This document shows positions 25,237 to 38,668 of a stretch of DNA of 64,000 nucleotides, in pieces; position 1 is the stretch's first letter, and each line of letters begins with the position of its first letter. Made by a program: the position numbers and the translations under genes. A model generated the notes under the pieces. It was not told the origin of the DNA. It did no database searches and saw only the letters and a list, made by a program, of their open reading frames with translations. The stretch comes from Psilocybe cubensis (lineage: Eukaryota), in assembly GCA_017499595.2 (NCBI GenBank), contig CM038998.1, positions 682,001 through 746,000 of the forward strand, written 5' to 3'.

Positions 25237-27008
25237 ATGTCCGTTCTTCAATCATGGCCCGTAGAACGCGAGTTCGATCCCAAGAACATGCCCTTCCGTC
25301 GCTTGGGGCCTAGCGGTCTGCGCGTTCCAGTTTTTTCTCTGGGAGGATGTACGTGATTAAGAAGGAAAAGAATCTTATTCATTTACTGAATCGAGATTTA
25401 TCAGGGCTGACTCTAGGAGGCACCATTAAGGGAGATCCAGTGAAGGTATATGGCGCTATTTCATCAGATAATGAGATGGAATTGATGTAGATGGACAGGA
25501 AATTATGAAAGTTGCCTTTGAGAATGGGATCAATATGTTCGATACTGCCGAGGCGTACGCAGGCGGCAAGTCGGAGGAAGAGATGCGAGTGCTATTAAAA
25601 TGACTATCGATGTCGCAAATAGCTGATTTTAAACTATAGGGGACGGGTCATTCGGGAGCTGGGGCTTCGTCGCACTGACTTGGTCATCACAACTAAGATT
25701 TTCTGGGGCCCTCGTCACGGTCCCAACGATCAGGGTCTATCTCGCAAGCAGTAAGTCGGAAGACCAAAATCATGAAAAAACGTGTTAATTGACGTATTCG
25801 TTTGTTTGTAGTATTATTGAGGGCACCCAGGAGTCTCTTGCTCGTCTGGGCCTCGATTATGTGGATGTCATCTTCGCGCATAGGCATGATCAAAACGGTG
25901 GGTCATTGAACGTCACGCTAACTTAATGAGACTCATTGAATACAAACAGTTTCTATGGAGGAAATTGTTCGTGCATTCAACTATGTCATCGAAAAGGGAT
26001 GGGTAAGCAAACGATAAGCACTGATGTCTTGATTTTTTATCTCATCTTTTATACAAGGCTCTTTATTGGGGAACTTCGGAATGGACTGCACGAGAAATCG
26101 AAGAGGCTCATCGTCAGTCTTCATTCATAACGACTATAAAAATAGCGCTAACGATTATATTCATTATTTAGATGTTGCCAACAAGTTGAACCTTATTGCT
26201 CCAGTGGCCGAGCAATGCAAGCACCAGTTCGTTCTGCATTTTCCCTCGTGCATTTTCTAAACTTAACTTTATTGCCTACAGCATGTTCCACCGCGACCGG
26301 CCAGAGAAAGAATACGGGTGAATAGTCACCTCTAAATAATTTACGGTCAGAAAACTGAATAGTTCAATAGCCCTCTGTACAAGAAATACCACATGGGTAC
26401 CACGACTTGGTCTTCACTTGCCGGTGGACTACTGACCGGGAAGGTAAGCACGCTATCTCAAATTGAGGCCTTAAGAAGCGAGTTTCATGCCCTCACGAAT
26501 TTTAGTATAACGATGGCATTCCCAAAGACTCCCGATTCGATACCCATAGCAACTTCTTGAAAGAGGATTTGAAGAGATACGAAAGCCCAGAAGGTAAAGA
26601 ACAGATCAGAAAAGTGAAGGAATTGACAAAATTGGCGGAGGAAAGTAAGTGGTTGGATTATCTCCGACTTGTCAAGATCGGTGAGAACTGATGTTTACAA
26701 ATCTCAGAACTTTCGACTTCCGTCGCAACGCTTGCTCTTGCGTGGGTGGCAAAAAACACAAACACTTCGACGGTCATCCTTGGTGCCACGAAACCCGAGC
26801 AAATTTTAGAAAATCTTAAAGCAATCGACGTTATTCCCAAGTTGACACCTGAGATCATGAGAGAAATTGAAGAAATCCTTGCCAACGCACCTGATGCCGC
26901 TGTATGTTCATTCAGTCCGATTTTTGGGGATACTGAGAGCAATATTCTGATTGTTAATTTCAGCCAACTTTCGGGAGACCCCTCTTGGACCGGTTTGGTA
27001 GAGTCTAA
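25237..27008 (+). CDS. Aldo-keto reductase, Kv-beta-like, paralog 3
   Basis: Same motif set (DTAEAY, ITTKIFW, FAHRHD, WGTSEW, VILGAT); ends [14 protein letters not shown]; needs a GC-AG intron at 25585-25639. Confidence 0.93.
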
Positions 27009-28399
27009 CGTATTCGTGGAGATATACAGACGGACAGGACTGTCGTCACCTCTTTGATCTCGAATGCCTGTCGTAAATGTGTCAGAACCTTTGTTAACCC
27101 AGAAAATCAAGTCAAAATAAAGACTATCATAATACACCGGGTGACTCGCTGTTGAGGAAAGACCACTTGACCATGAGTAAAATCCCCTCCGGTAAACTAT
27201 CTTGTCTCCTTGACGTTTCTGACATTCTTTCCAAAGTCACATCTCTCGGAATTTGCCGGTCGGCCATCGAAAAGATGGAAAAGTTTTTCACGGTTTTGCT
27301 AATAAACGTTACCGTTTGCCGCTATTAAACTTCCCTCACACAGTTGGAAGAACTTGTGCCACAGGCTTGGCTATCCACTCCGAGTGCATATGTACTATCG
27401 CTTGTTTCTTATATCTAACCTGTTCCTCCTCAGGAGATCCTGAATCTAAACCATGCCAGATTCAATTACCCTTGCGGTTGGTTCGTGCCCTTCCCAAAGC
27501 AGCTGTGTTTTCCCCATTACTTTGTTTCCAAAGAAAGTTCAGCAAGATGTCATCTATCTCCCTATCTTCCGCCCTTGTTGAAGTATGGGCCCTCGACAAT
27601 ATCATGACATTGAAATCCGACTCTGAACTGGCTCACCGCTCGTGGAGCGTGCCCAAATCCGAACCATGCGTGCTCATCAATACCAACTCCTTTTCGGAGC
27701 TGAGGCGATCAGTCTATCTGGGATATCTCTTTTCATTTGCTGCTGTGCATAGCATCAAAATATCTATCCTCCGGCCGAGTGCGTTGACGTCTAGGTGCTG
27801 TCTGTACCTGGTATGGACTGTCTCCATGTGTAAGGCTGATTGGCCTGCCCCGATACCTAACATACTCTATGAACCAGAAATTTTATCCCCCTGATTCTGA
27901 TATACTATTCTGGCCTACCTATCCTACGCTATATCATGCTCTGCTTGCTACTATATGCTTCCTCAACCGCAAGGCGTATTTCACTGTCTTCGCCTCTTCT
28001 TCGCGAAGCGAACCTCGCGTCCGCCGGTCACAACCATCGGAGCAAAACTCAAAGTAAGATAAAAATACCAGTGATAGCGGAATTTCAGCGGACTATGCTC
28101 TTATAATCTGGCATCCGTATCACAACCACGGCGACTGATATTGTGGGTTTTTTTAATAGCCTGCGGGCGCGTCATTTCCCACCAAGACCGACTTGATAAA
28201 GGATGTTTCCACTAGGAGAGGGGAAATGGACGCTACGTTCTAAGTGAAAACTGCTCTTTGTTCAATTGTCGATCCAAACACCAACAAAAATGGCGGACAA
28301 AGGCTGTGGAGGCCCGAGTCCATGTTTGAACAATGTTTGTCACTTCCCTCTTTGACATTTCGAAAAGCAAATCTTATGACCAATTTCTTGTTGACATTA

Positions 28400-29160
28400 T
28401 AGCAGAAGCGTACCTGAACGATTTAGAGGGCCTTCCGATCTATCCATCGTGCTCCAATTTGCCGTCACTATTTCGCCATTGAACAATTTCTGGGGTCCCA
28501 TCGGAATGTTCCTTTAGCTCGCATTGTTTTGGGTGTTAGGCTGTTAGCAAAAGTGGATGTCGGAATTCAGGCTCTGAAACCTCATGGAGTTTGTCTCTTA
28601 CCACCTTCTATTTCTTGGATCGCATTACAAGGTGGCTAAAATGCGGACAGGTATTTTTGGATATCGATTCCTAGACTTGAAAGCATGGTAACATTTTTCT
28701 GGTCATTTTAGTGTTCTCTGCCGACTGCTCTTGCGTGGCCGAATCAAATGCTATTAAACAAATGGGATATTTGGTCTATGCTAGAAATATTCTGCAAAGT
28801 GAAACATGATTCCCATAAGCTCTGGAGTTTTCTGTGTGCGGCCTTCTCCCCGAAAATTCTACTTACCTTCTTAAACATGATGTGTCAGGCCACAGACCCT
28901 TAAGGATTGGGCGTGTGCAACCTGTCTCCCTGTTCTTTTTCGACATGGGAAAAAGAACAGAGTTCTCTACACCATGTTTTTCCAATTGAATCCGTCTGGG
29001 GAAACCATGAAATCCACGAATACATTGACGCGGGTTTTTGCCTTCTGATGCAGACATATACGTTTATCTATTTCTCCAACAGGATAACGGTGGACGCCTA
29101 ATACCTTGGCCGACGAAAGCAGATCCTTGTCCAGTGACTGGCATGCCATGAATTGAGTAT
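28400..29160 (+). pseudogene. Possible decayed F-box/RNI-like gene fragment
   Basis: Broken frames (FWSF*CSLPTALA..DIWSMLEIFCKVKH; HVFPIESVW..EYID) loosely recall the C-terminal half of the 18.3-20 kb gene. Weak. Confidence 0.25.
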
Positions 29161-30057
29161 GAGGTGATGCATTTTGTCACCTTGATGCACATTTTCAATT
29201 GGGCGCGTCCCTCACGCGGACTCGGACTTCTCACAGTGCATGGCAAACTAAATCTAAGCGCCTCTTTTGGTCGTCGCCAATGTCTGTAAAACGGACATCT
29301 GTTACGGCTCATCCGCCAGAAACTGTACGCGTTTAAACTGGGGTGCTCTTGGCAATGATTTCGCTATAGTCAGATCTGTCTAATTTTTTTCCTTCGTTTT
29401 CGTCATGCTGACCCTTTACTTTGGAAAAGCCCACAGGATCGGATTACCAAGCGGGCGACCTAAACGCCATTTAACTGCATATGTATTGCAATTGCTTGAT
29501 TGTGAGTAGGGTAGTTTGTGTTGATATTTCCCTTAGTTTCTATTTGGTTTCTGTCACCAACGCGTTAAACTTTATTCCTGGGAACTCTGGAACATCACTG
29601 GACACCCACCTAAATTGAGTTACTGACCAATCTATTCGTAGAATAACGTTAGTATCACCACTATATTATCATAATGCATATTATGAAGGAGTGGAATCAC
29701 CATGAAATTTATAACATAGTAGGCAAGGTTGATTGACCACTTGAAGCGCTTTTAAGTTGAAGAGGTCGGACAACCATTTATTCCTGAAGAATCCCTAGTA
29801 TGGAATAAAGATTAATTAATAACTAGTTAATCTAATGTGGCTTTACTCTCTTCTTCTGTAATCAGCTCTAGATAACCTCAGCCTTGGATCTTGCTTGAGT
29901 TCTTATACTTTGCACGAAACTCGTCAAAGTCTTCGCCCAATGGCAGCGAGTCAGTCACGTGATGACCTGCCCTGATGAGAATCGCTTGACACGTACAGTA
30001 GGTTATTGGACTGCATCTCGTAGCCAGGACTCCTGAAGAAATTTAAACTGTTAAACC

Positions 30058-32058
30058 ATGGTATGTCGCGTAGATTTTATATGAAATACTATTAAACGAT
30101 GTACTAAAACTTTTCTCAGGTTGTTTTAGCAGCATCAATATGCACCAAGGGTGGTAAAGGTGCGTACTGTTCGATCCAGTAACATAAACGAGAAAGGTTT
30201 ACCACAATGAATCTCTTTTTCGAAACACGTAGCCGTTATCTCGCGCCAGTTCCGCGATATGACACGGACGAGGATTGAATCTCTCCTCGCCTCCTTCCCT
30301 AAACTCATACCTACGAATACCCAACACACCTCCGTCGAGACCGCCGAGGTCAGATATGTATACCAGCCTCTGGAGGACCTGTACATTCTCCTCATCACAA
30401 ACAAAGCATCGAACATCTTACAGGACATCGATACTCTGCATCTTTTTGCCCGCGTTGTCTCTGACATGTGCCGCAGCGCGGACGAGCGGGAGATCCTCAA
30501 AAATTCGTTCGAGCTCCTGGGAGCATTCGACGAGATCGTCACACTTGGATACAGAGAACAGGTCAACCTCATGCAGGTCAGGAGTGTGTTGGAGATGGAG
30601 AGTCACGAGGAAAAGATCCAGGAAATTATCGCCAGGGTGAGCTTTTCCGTTTGGCTGTCGCTGCCATGATCTAATCGTGCATCATTCGCCGACGTCCATT
30701 CCAGAACAAAGAGGCGGAAGCCAAGGAGGAGCTCAAGCGTCGTGCCAAACAGCTGGAGATGCAGCGACGCGAGCAGCAACGCCGTGCCGCTGGAGGAGGA
30801 GGAGGCGGAAGCAGCTACCTTGGAGGAGGCCCGACAGGGTACTCGTCCATTCCTCGTTACGAGACCCCCGAAGTATCTGCTCCGTCTATCTCCCGTACGA
30901 ATAATACATCGTCTTCTACCCCCACCCGTGCTCCTGCTTTTAAGGGCAGCGGCATGAAACTTGGTTCTAAAAAAACAAAACAGGCCGAGTTGCTGGACGC
31001 TCTGGGGGGTGACGTTTTGGCGTCGACTGGGTTGGCTGAGCAGGCGCAGGCACCAGCTACACCTGCACAAGAAACTCATGTCGTTCAGAAAGTCAGTGGC
31101 AGAGGCAGTCTTCCTGAAGTTGAAGCCCAAAGGTCAGTAACCCTCCAGTTTATTCATTGCCGGATAAGCGATTGACTCTGATTTATTTTCGTTTTATTTA
31201 AAGCGTGCACATCATCATCAAAGAACAAATCTCGCTATCGCTACTTAGAGATGGAGGTGTTCAATCGATGGAACTCAAGGGAGATATGAATCTACAAGTA
31301 ACGGATCCGGCCAATGCACATATCAAGATCAACTTGGCGAATGTGTCAACAGATTTCGGCGGGTCTGCGTTGCAATTTAAGCAGCATCCAAATGTTGCCA
31401 AATTTACTCCAGGACAACCTCGTGTCGTGGCCTTGAAAGATAGCGCGAAAGCCTTCCCTGTGGGACATAGCCTTGCTGTCCTCAAGTGGCGATACGCCGG
31501 TACAGACGAAAGCAATGTTCCTCTGTCGAGTACGTTTTTTCTCAATGTCTTTCATCAGCATCTTGGCTGAATCGTCTCTAGTCAACTGTTGGCCATCTCC
31601 TTCCAATGACGGCACATGTGAAGTCAGTATTGAGTATGAACTGGAGAATGAGCATGTTACATTATACGATGTTGTCATCTCTATACCCCTCCCGTAAGTT
31701 TCTTTTCTACGACCTTGTCATTCGCCATAAGCAGCTAATGCTTCTAATTACATCTAGTGATGGCTCTTACCCCACCGTCTCGTCACATACCGCGGAATGG
31801 TCTCTCGATCCTTCCTCTCACTCTCTTGCCTGGTCGATCCCCATCGTATCACCCTCGGATGATTCCAAATCGGGCTCGCTGATATTTAATGTTGGCGGCG
31901 TCGACGTAGGCGCGTTCTTCCCCGTGGAAGTTAGTTTCATTGGGCAGGGAAGTTTGGCAGGCGTCGCTGTTGCGTCGGTTGAGAGGACCAACGGCGATGG
32001 ATCGCCAGACTTTTCGGTAGACGCGTTCGTCACTGCAGACGAGTATTTGGTTGTTTAG
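30058..32058 (+). CDS. RET2: Coatomer subunit delta (delta-COP)
   Basis: M|VVLAASICTKGGK|AVISRQF..RIESLLASFPKL..VRYVYQPLE..SNILQDIDTL..MESHEEKI; C-terminal mu-homology domain (FKQHPNV, LKWR, VNCWPS). First coding exon is the ATG only. Confidence 0.96.
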
Positions 32059-33357
32059 GCGTCCAAGCTCATGGTAGACGTCACTCACGCTGGCTTGTAC
32101 AAACAGGAATATATCATTTCTTTTGCTTTCTATCTTTCCTTGTCTGCAAGTGGTTGCATTCTTTCCCTTTCCTGCCGTTGTTTTGTTTCCATCTCGGTCC
32201 CGATGGCTTTTTATGAAGTGTTGAATGTTCCCTCCGTTCACTCGCCATTTTATGGACTTCATACGAAGTATATGGGGCCCACGTTTCGGCCGTTCCTGTC
32301 ATTATGAGCTTTTCACGGTGGCATTGATTGACAATGACAGGCACAGTAGATGAAGCCACGATATGTCCATTCCCACCTTACCTCATTGCAAAGTTTAGAC
32401 GACGTGAATGCGATCTATACCACTTAACGACTCTACTGGCATGAGCGCGAATATTATCGGCTCCTTGTGAGCTTATTTGCCAGGTCATTAGTCGGACAGT
32501 CAGGAGAAGAAATGGTTAGATATACTTTGATGCAGTAGGGGACTGGACCTTCATTTGTGTATCTTGAGCGAATTTGACTTCCAGTGGTGCATTGTTTTCA
32601 GAAAGTGCGCATATAGTCAACACTCGCCCCAACATTTGCCACCAACCTATTCCAAAATTCTCTCTACATCTTCATGTTATTCTTTTACATCCATTTGAGG
32701 AGGCATGTCAGTGGACCGAGACCTAGGCGCCTAGGCAATCGTCATTGTAATAAAACATTGATGCAACGTAACGGCGTAGTAGCATGTGCTTGTTCTCTCC
32801 CCCCCATGCCTCAATAGCAGAAGTACACCGTTTCAGCCATGAGACACATCTTATCACCGTAACAGCTTGACTGGTCCAATTGGGCATCTAGGGCAGGAGA
32901 AGGACGATGCCGCGAACAAAGGTGACTTCCAAATTCCCAGATGGCAATCTGCCCGCCGTGCGGCCAGGAAGGCCATTAGGCTGGGCAGAGTTGTCTTATT
33001 TTTGCTTAGTACATCGACGACCTCGAGGGTTCGACATTGGTTTGACGCCAAAGTACGGGGGTTGCTGCGGTATCGACACCTCGCCTCGCGGCCTTCATAC
33101 CGTTGACATCGATCCAATAATTCTGCAGGGAATTGAGTGGACTGTGGGAGGGCGTGGCCGGCAACAAGCTGTTTATAGCGCTAGCGTAAGCTTCAATCAT
33201 TCTCCGATGTGTTCTAATGAATACATATGGTACCTAACACTCTACTCTTCGGACCTTTGAATGCCCCCTTGCTTTTTCTTCTTCTAGCAAGGGTCCTATC
33301 CACTTGTACACGGCCGCACCCATCGAGGACATCTAAACCCTGTCTTTTGACACTCCA

Positions 33358-35666
33358 ATGGCGGATTTCACCCTCGTTGACCCCAAAGGATGGGAATACG
33401 ATCTGCACTCTGTACGTGGGGAAGTGAACTGCTTCGCAATTGAAATAGCTGAACCGGTCTCAATCGCAGGTGTACTCTGCCTATATTGGCTACTTTCAGA
33501 TGTACAACGTTCCATGGTCTATATCACATTCATTGACATCTGCTCCTCTCCACCGGTTTCTCAGAGCTTTCTAACCCGAATGTTCGTTTTTGTTTTTCAA
33601 GGTACGAACGATCATGGGGACACTTGTTCGAGTCGTTTGAGGAGTTTCTGGCGTTCTCCTGGCCTGTCATAACAGTGACGGATGCATCGTCTGGAAGGGC
33701 ACATATCGTGACGCGTCTCAATTCTATAGGCGCTTTCATCAAGATGATCAAGACCAGGTTCGTACCACCTCTTAAATTGAATATCCATGATCCCACCGAC
33801 ATGAAATTGACAACAAACATCTCATATCTGCTACCACTTTGGTAGGTTCGGAGAGACTCTCCCGCAAGCTCCAAATATTTTGCAGATCTCGCCATTCGAA
33901 AACTCAAGTCGTCATCTACGCCACGTATCCGACTATTCATCATACAAAAAGCTTCACTCGACTCTTCCTGCTGTAGTTCTCTCAGCCCTGAAGACGCGTG
34001 TCCGATCAGGCGAACCTAAGGCAATCAAAGACCTCTGGGGAAAGAAAGACAAAACCTTTCTGGCTATTGATTTTGAATGGAACGAACGCAACGAAAAGAC
34101 CGTATTGGAGTGGGGATATGCGGCCGTCAGATGTGGACACTTGGAATCGTATGTCTGTTCATATTCAAATGATCCTCCGTACCGTCTATCTGGCTATGCA
34201 TGGGGGCCATTCTAACAATATCCTTACTCTGTTCTTGTATCATAGGCTGGGACATTGGCCCCCGGTACCTGATACCAATTACAGGTCAGACTCATTGAAC
34301 GAAGGCGTCAATTCTTGGTATTCAAACGATCTCTATCTATCAATATGCATACAGGAAAGGGCACTACATAGTAGCCGAACATGTTGACAAGGTCATCAAC
34401 AAGTACTGCCCCACCTATCCCTGGCTAGTGCGTTTTATGTAACCTCAATTCAGCACATCTTCACAAGTGCTGATCAACATTCGTTGGAACATTAGTATGC
34501 TGTACGCTCGCATACAATATTCTTCCTTGCATTCATTCCGCTTATCTGCCGGCTTTCTGACAGTTCGGCGAAAGTCAAGTTATCCCTAAAGCCAAGCTAC
34601 CACAAATTATCCAGGCTGTGATTAGGTTCGTGTGTTATACTTGAAGTCGGAACTCGGGCACTGAGACGGCAATGAACCGGTTTGTAGCAGCCTCGCCAGT
34701 CCCGATTCTGAAACAACTCCCAACCAGCTCGTAATTGTGGGACACAATGTACACTCCGATCTGATGAGATTGGAAGAGATGAAAATTCGTAAGAGCTCAT
34801 TTGTTTAAGCGTTCTTCTCTGCCAACGGCTGCTTTGTTTTTTGGACAGGAATTCCTCACAATACGTTAATCGTGGACACCATGATCTACGAGCGCAATTT
34901 GTACGCGAACGGGTTCCGTGGGGTTATGCCCGATCCCAAAAGCGATAAACCTCGTCTCTCAGGGTCAAACCTTTCACTCGAAAACTTGCTGTACTCACTA
35001 ACACTTCCAACATCATCCAACTCTCCCTCTCCTGACTCCGGACAAAGACAACCTTCTCCTCTGCCCCCTGTCGTATTACCACAATGTACCTTGCACAACG
35101 CAGGCAATGACGCGCTCATGACGCTCTTCGCGTTCCAAAAATTGCTAGAACCGCGGGGCACACAGGTACCCACCCTTGTGAAGAAAGCCAAGGCCAACGG
35201 AAGCGGCTTTAGCAACAAATTTAACGCCATTCACGGAGGCGGAATGCCAGTCGGAATGATGCCCATGTCCATGCCCATGTCCATGCCTTCTGTTAATGGT
35301 GCTGGAGCTGGTGTAAATGGGACCTCAGCATCGGTGCTTAACACTTCTGTGTCCATGCCCATGATGAACATTACCGGTACAACTCCCGCTTCGTTTTACG
35401 CCGGGTTTACCGCCATCATGCCCTCACTTTCGTTGCCTCAGGCCAATGGGAATGGTACTTCGAATGGTAGTCTACCACGCCGGTCGTCGACGTATGACCT
35501 CGCGGACGAATTTGGGCAGATGCAACTAGGCAAGGGTCAACGACCTAACAATGGTAGCGGAACCGCCGCGCCACAACAACAGTATGTTACGTCGCCGTCA
35601 CGTCTTGGACCGGGACGCGCCACAAAGCGCGTTAGCAGCTTCCCAACTGCTAGAGCCGACGAATAA
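33358..35666 (+). CDS. Gfd2/YDR514C-like DEDDh (RNase H-fold) nuclease-domain protein with low-complexity tail
   Basis: FLAIDFEW..VLEWGYA, FGES, IVGH, VDT, SLENL, LHNAGNDALMT motifs over many short exons. Confidence 0.8.
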
Positions 35667-36159
35667 AAAATCCGACTAACGACCCAAAAGCGATACGGAC
35701 GTTTTTTCTGTTGACGATGGACGCTATTTTCATGCGCTTTTTCGACCACTTAATTTTTTTTTGCTTGTTTTCATATTGGGTGTTCTCCTTCTCGGGATAA
35801 AGTTGGTACACCCCAACTGTGCCCAGCCATATATAATGTTGTATTCCGTCTGACAGGTTTGTACGTTGTGTTTAGGGAACTTTGATTGGACACTTTAATT
35901 TCGTGATTTCAGTAGCACTTGGGGCTAACTATATGCTAATTTTTAATTTGGCATACATATCTTTTAATCTAATGTGTAGAATGGACTTTTTATATAAGTG
36001 TACACATATCATAAGTTAACTATTCCTCCTCTCGTAACTTGTAAGGAATGGTACAGGAGGATACTGTATGAAATTATGGTGTCATTCATTTCTTGTGTGG
36101 GGCAGTAGGACGTCTTCATAAAAACTGATAATGAAAAATCGACATTTTGACGTTATTCA

Positions 36160-38668
36160 TCAATCACCAGGCGGTGAGAAAATGTCAACCCTTTTCCAAT
36201 CGTTAGTTTCGACAGGCTCTGCAATACCGTGGCTGAAAGAAAAAATAAGGTCATTTTCAGTTTAATTTGGATATAACGACGTAAAAAATTACGCACGCAT
36301 CCCTGATGTGAGATCTCACAGTTTTTGAACGATACAGCCGACGTTTAACCGGAGCGCACCACAAGCATACATATTCACGTGCGTCCACAACAGGAAGAAG
36401 CGCAGGGGGACGAGGTGAGCGATCGCCCGCAAAGTAGACATAGTCAAGATTATCAACAGGGCGCGATATGTCATGCCTGTAGCAAATATGCAATCCGTCA
36501 GTTGAAATAATATACGCAAGTATGGAAATTTCAAGGTGTGCGCACCTTTCGCGTGTATGCATAATAACGTCCCTTCGCGTTACGCGGTTCTCAAAATGGG
36601 CAGAACAATGGTTGCAAATCCAATTTGTATCCCATATGTAAGGGTCAGGGCCCTCGCGACGCTTGATGTCGGCTTCTGCCTCAGGTCCCAGGAGCCTCCA
36701 TAAAAACGTCATATGAGCCTGGTTATCTTCTGTCAACATGCCGTGGTAAACCTGCCAATATATTTTCGATCAGAAACAAGAACCCCTTGACGCTTTGCAA
36801 AAAAGGAAAGCAGACAACATACCGCCTCTGTCCAGTCATAGACCTGTCTCGAGTTGGTGTGTGCCAGCGGACAATTCATGCATACAAATCGTCTGTCAAG
36901 GGCGTCCATCTCCCATTTTGTCGTGGTCAGGGGGTCCAGGCCTGCGAGCCGGACGAGAGAGATCGCCGCTTCGTATCCGCGCCTTGAAAAATGTAATCGC
37001 CTTTCCCAACATCGCTGTAATGAACGACACCGTAAATGTGGCCCAGCACCATCCCAGCCAATCAAACAGCCACCCATTCGAAGTGAAGCCTGAGAGGATC
37101 CAAAACAATGAAAAACCGACGTGGCAAGATTTATACAGTTGACGTCTGCAGCTGGCTCTTTGACTTCATCGTCTGGGATTATAGACACCAACTGTTCCAT
37201 TTTCTCTTTATGCCATCTGTTTACTTCCTCAGCCAAATGCTTCAATACTTCGTCCACTTCTTTCTCTTCTAGTTCGCGATCGTGCGGCGCGTGTATGACC
37301 TTGTAGATAGAATCAAAACCTTGAACGACGTAGAAAGGTGGTAGATATGCCCAGGCCGATGGCAACCATTGTTCAGCAAACTTCCGGCATTGCTCTTTCA
37401 CAAATTCCATCCGGCGACATATTAGCATCTTCCGCTCGCGAGCCAGCCGTCTGTCTGTCGCAAAAGCAACGTCGTGCTCGAGGTAAGGTCGGATCTTGTT
37501 CCACCCTAGAGAATAACAAGTAAGAAAGAATTTAACAAAGCAAGATACGAGCCCTACGTTTTCGGGTTAAACGTGCCACGCCATGGATGTTTGCAAGCTT
37601 TGTCAAAATTTCCATATCCCAATGTGTGTCGCGGAGATCTCGAGGATCAACTCCAATCCCCTTGAAGCGTAGCTTAATACTAAAAGATTTAAGTCGTATG
37701 TTGGTTCACAAGGTATTTTATGACATTTACTTCTTCAGTATAGTAGTAATTTTGGACCGAGCCTTCTCGAAGAGAGTTGTTTGAATAGAATTGGCCCAAT
37801 AAGCGACCTCGTGATTTTTCTGCTATAAGAATCAGTTTCTGGGCAGACCATGCAGGAGAATGACTGGACTGACATTGATCGTCTCCGAAATAATATTGTG
37901 TCGTTCAGATTCATAATCTATGAACGCCTTCTCGAGAGCACGAGCATCTTCAGGTGTCCCTTGAAGCCGCAAAAGGGTCAATTCAATGTCGTTTAGTTCT
38001 GTCTTGCTACGTAGACGCGACGAGATACACTCTGCATATTCATGATAAGGGTCGATGGCTAAAGATCTTGTCAGACCCTATGAAAAAAACAAGTACTTAA
38101 ACAATTACCTATCAGCTGAGCTGGTTTGGACAGGAGATGGGCAGCTTCTGTTTGTTCGTAATCAATAAACCTAATGATTCATTAGCATATCAAATGGTAT
38201 GTTTTGAAGGTGGCCCCTCACTCTTTGGTGTTACAAATGTCGCACAGCCGACGATAAAATGTAATGTTAGGTATTGCAGGGCTAGTTCCACAGTTCTGCT
38301 CTGAAATATTCAGTAACTCGCTACAACGCATATGAAACGTAAGGCTCACTTCGCAGATGAGAGGACCGAACAGCATGTCTGCCCACTTGAGACCGACTAT
38401 GTCCACAGGTATGCAAGGGATGTCGGGGTAATTCGAGAAGGATGACTTCCAAACGAAATCGAAAGCTTCATCCTTTAGAAGGGCCGATACAGAAGTATGT
38501 ATATGGGTCAAATTCAGCAAATCTGTCGGGTGTAAATAACCAAGTATCTTTACTTTCGTCAGACGTAGCGTTAATGACTAGGTTATATGAACGAACCTCG
38601 CATATCAATTCAGTTGGTAGACTATTGATCAATGTGTTTGGCAGTGGGCAACTCCTCATGTAAGTCAT
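36160..38668 (-). CDS. F-box protein with C-terminal Cys/His (C2H2-like) clusters
   Basis: LINSLPTELICE|ILGYLHPTDLLNL..VWK; CxxC motifs; LATSVFHC, LAGLDPLTTT..MDALDRRFVC, WICNHC..H..H. Start could be 38659 or 38668. Confidence 0.85.

Noticed and set aside
27253-27894. 213-aa ORF
   Set aside because: Non-ATG start, no recognisable motif or supported splice structure.
30135-31130. Minus-strand ORFs over delta-COP
   Set aside because: Antisense shadows of a conserved gene.
32722-32735. 14-bp palindrome CCTAGGCGCCTAGG
   Set aside because: A single short palindrome is plausible by chance in 64 kb; no supporting context.
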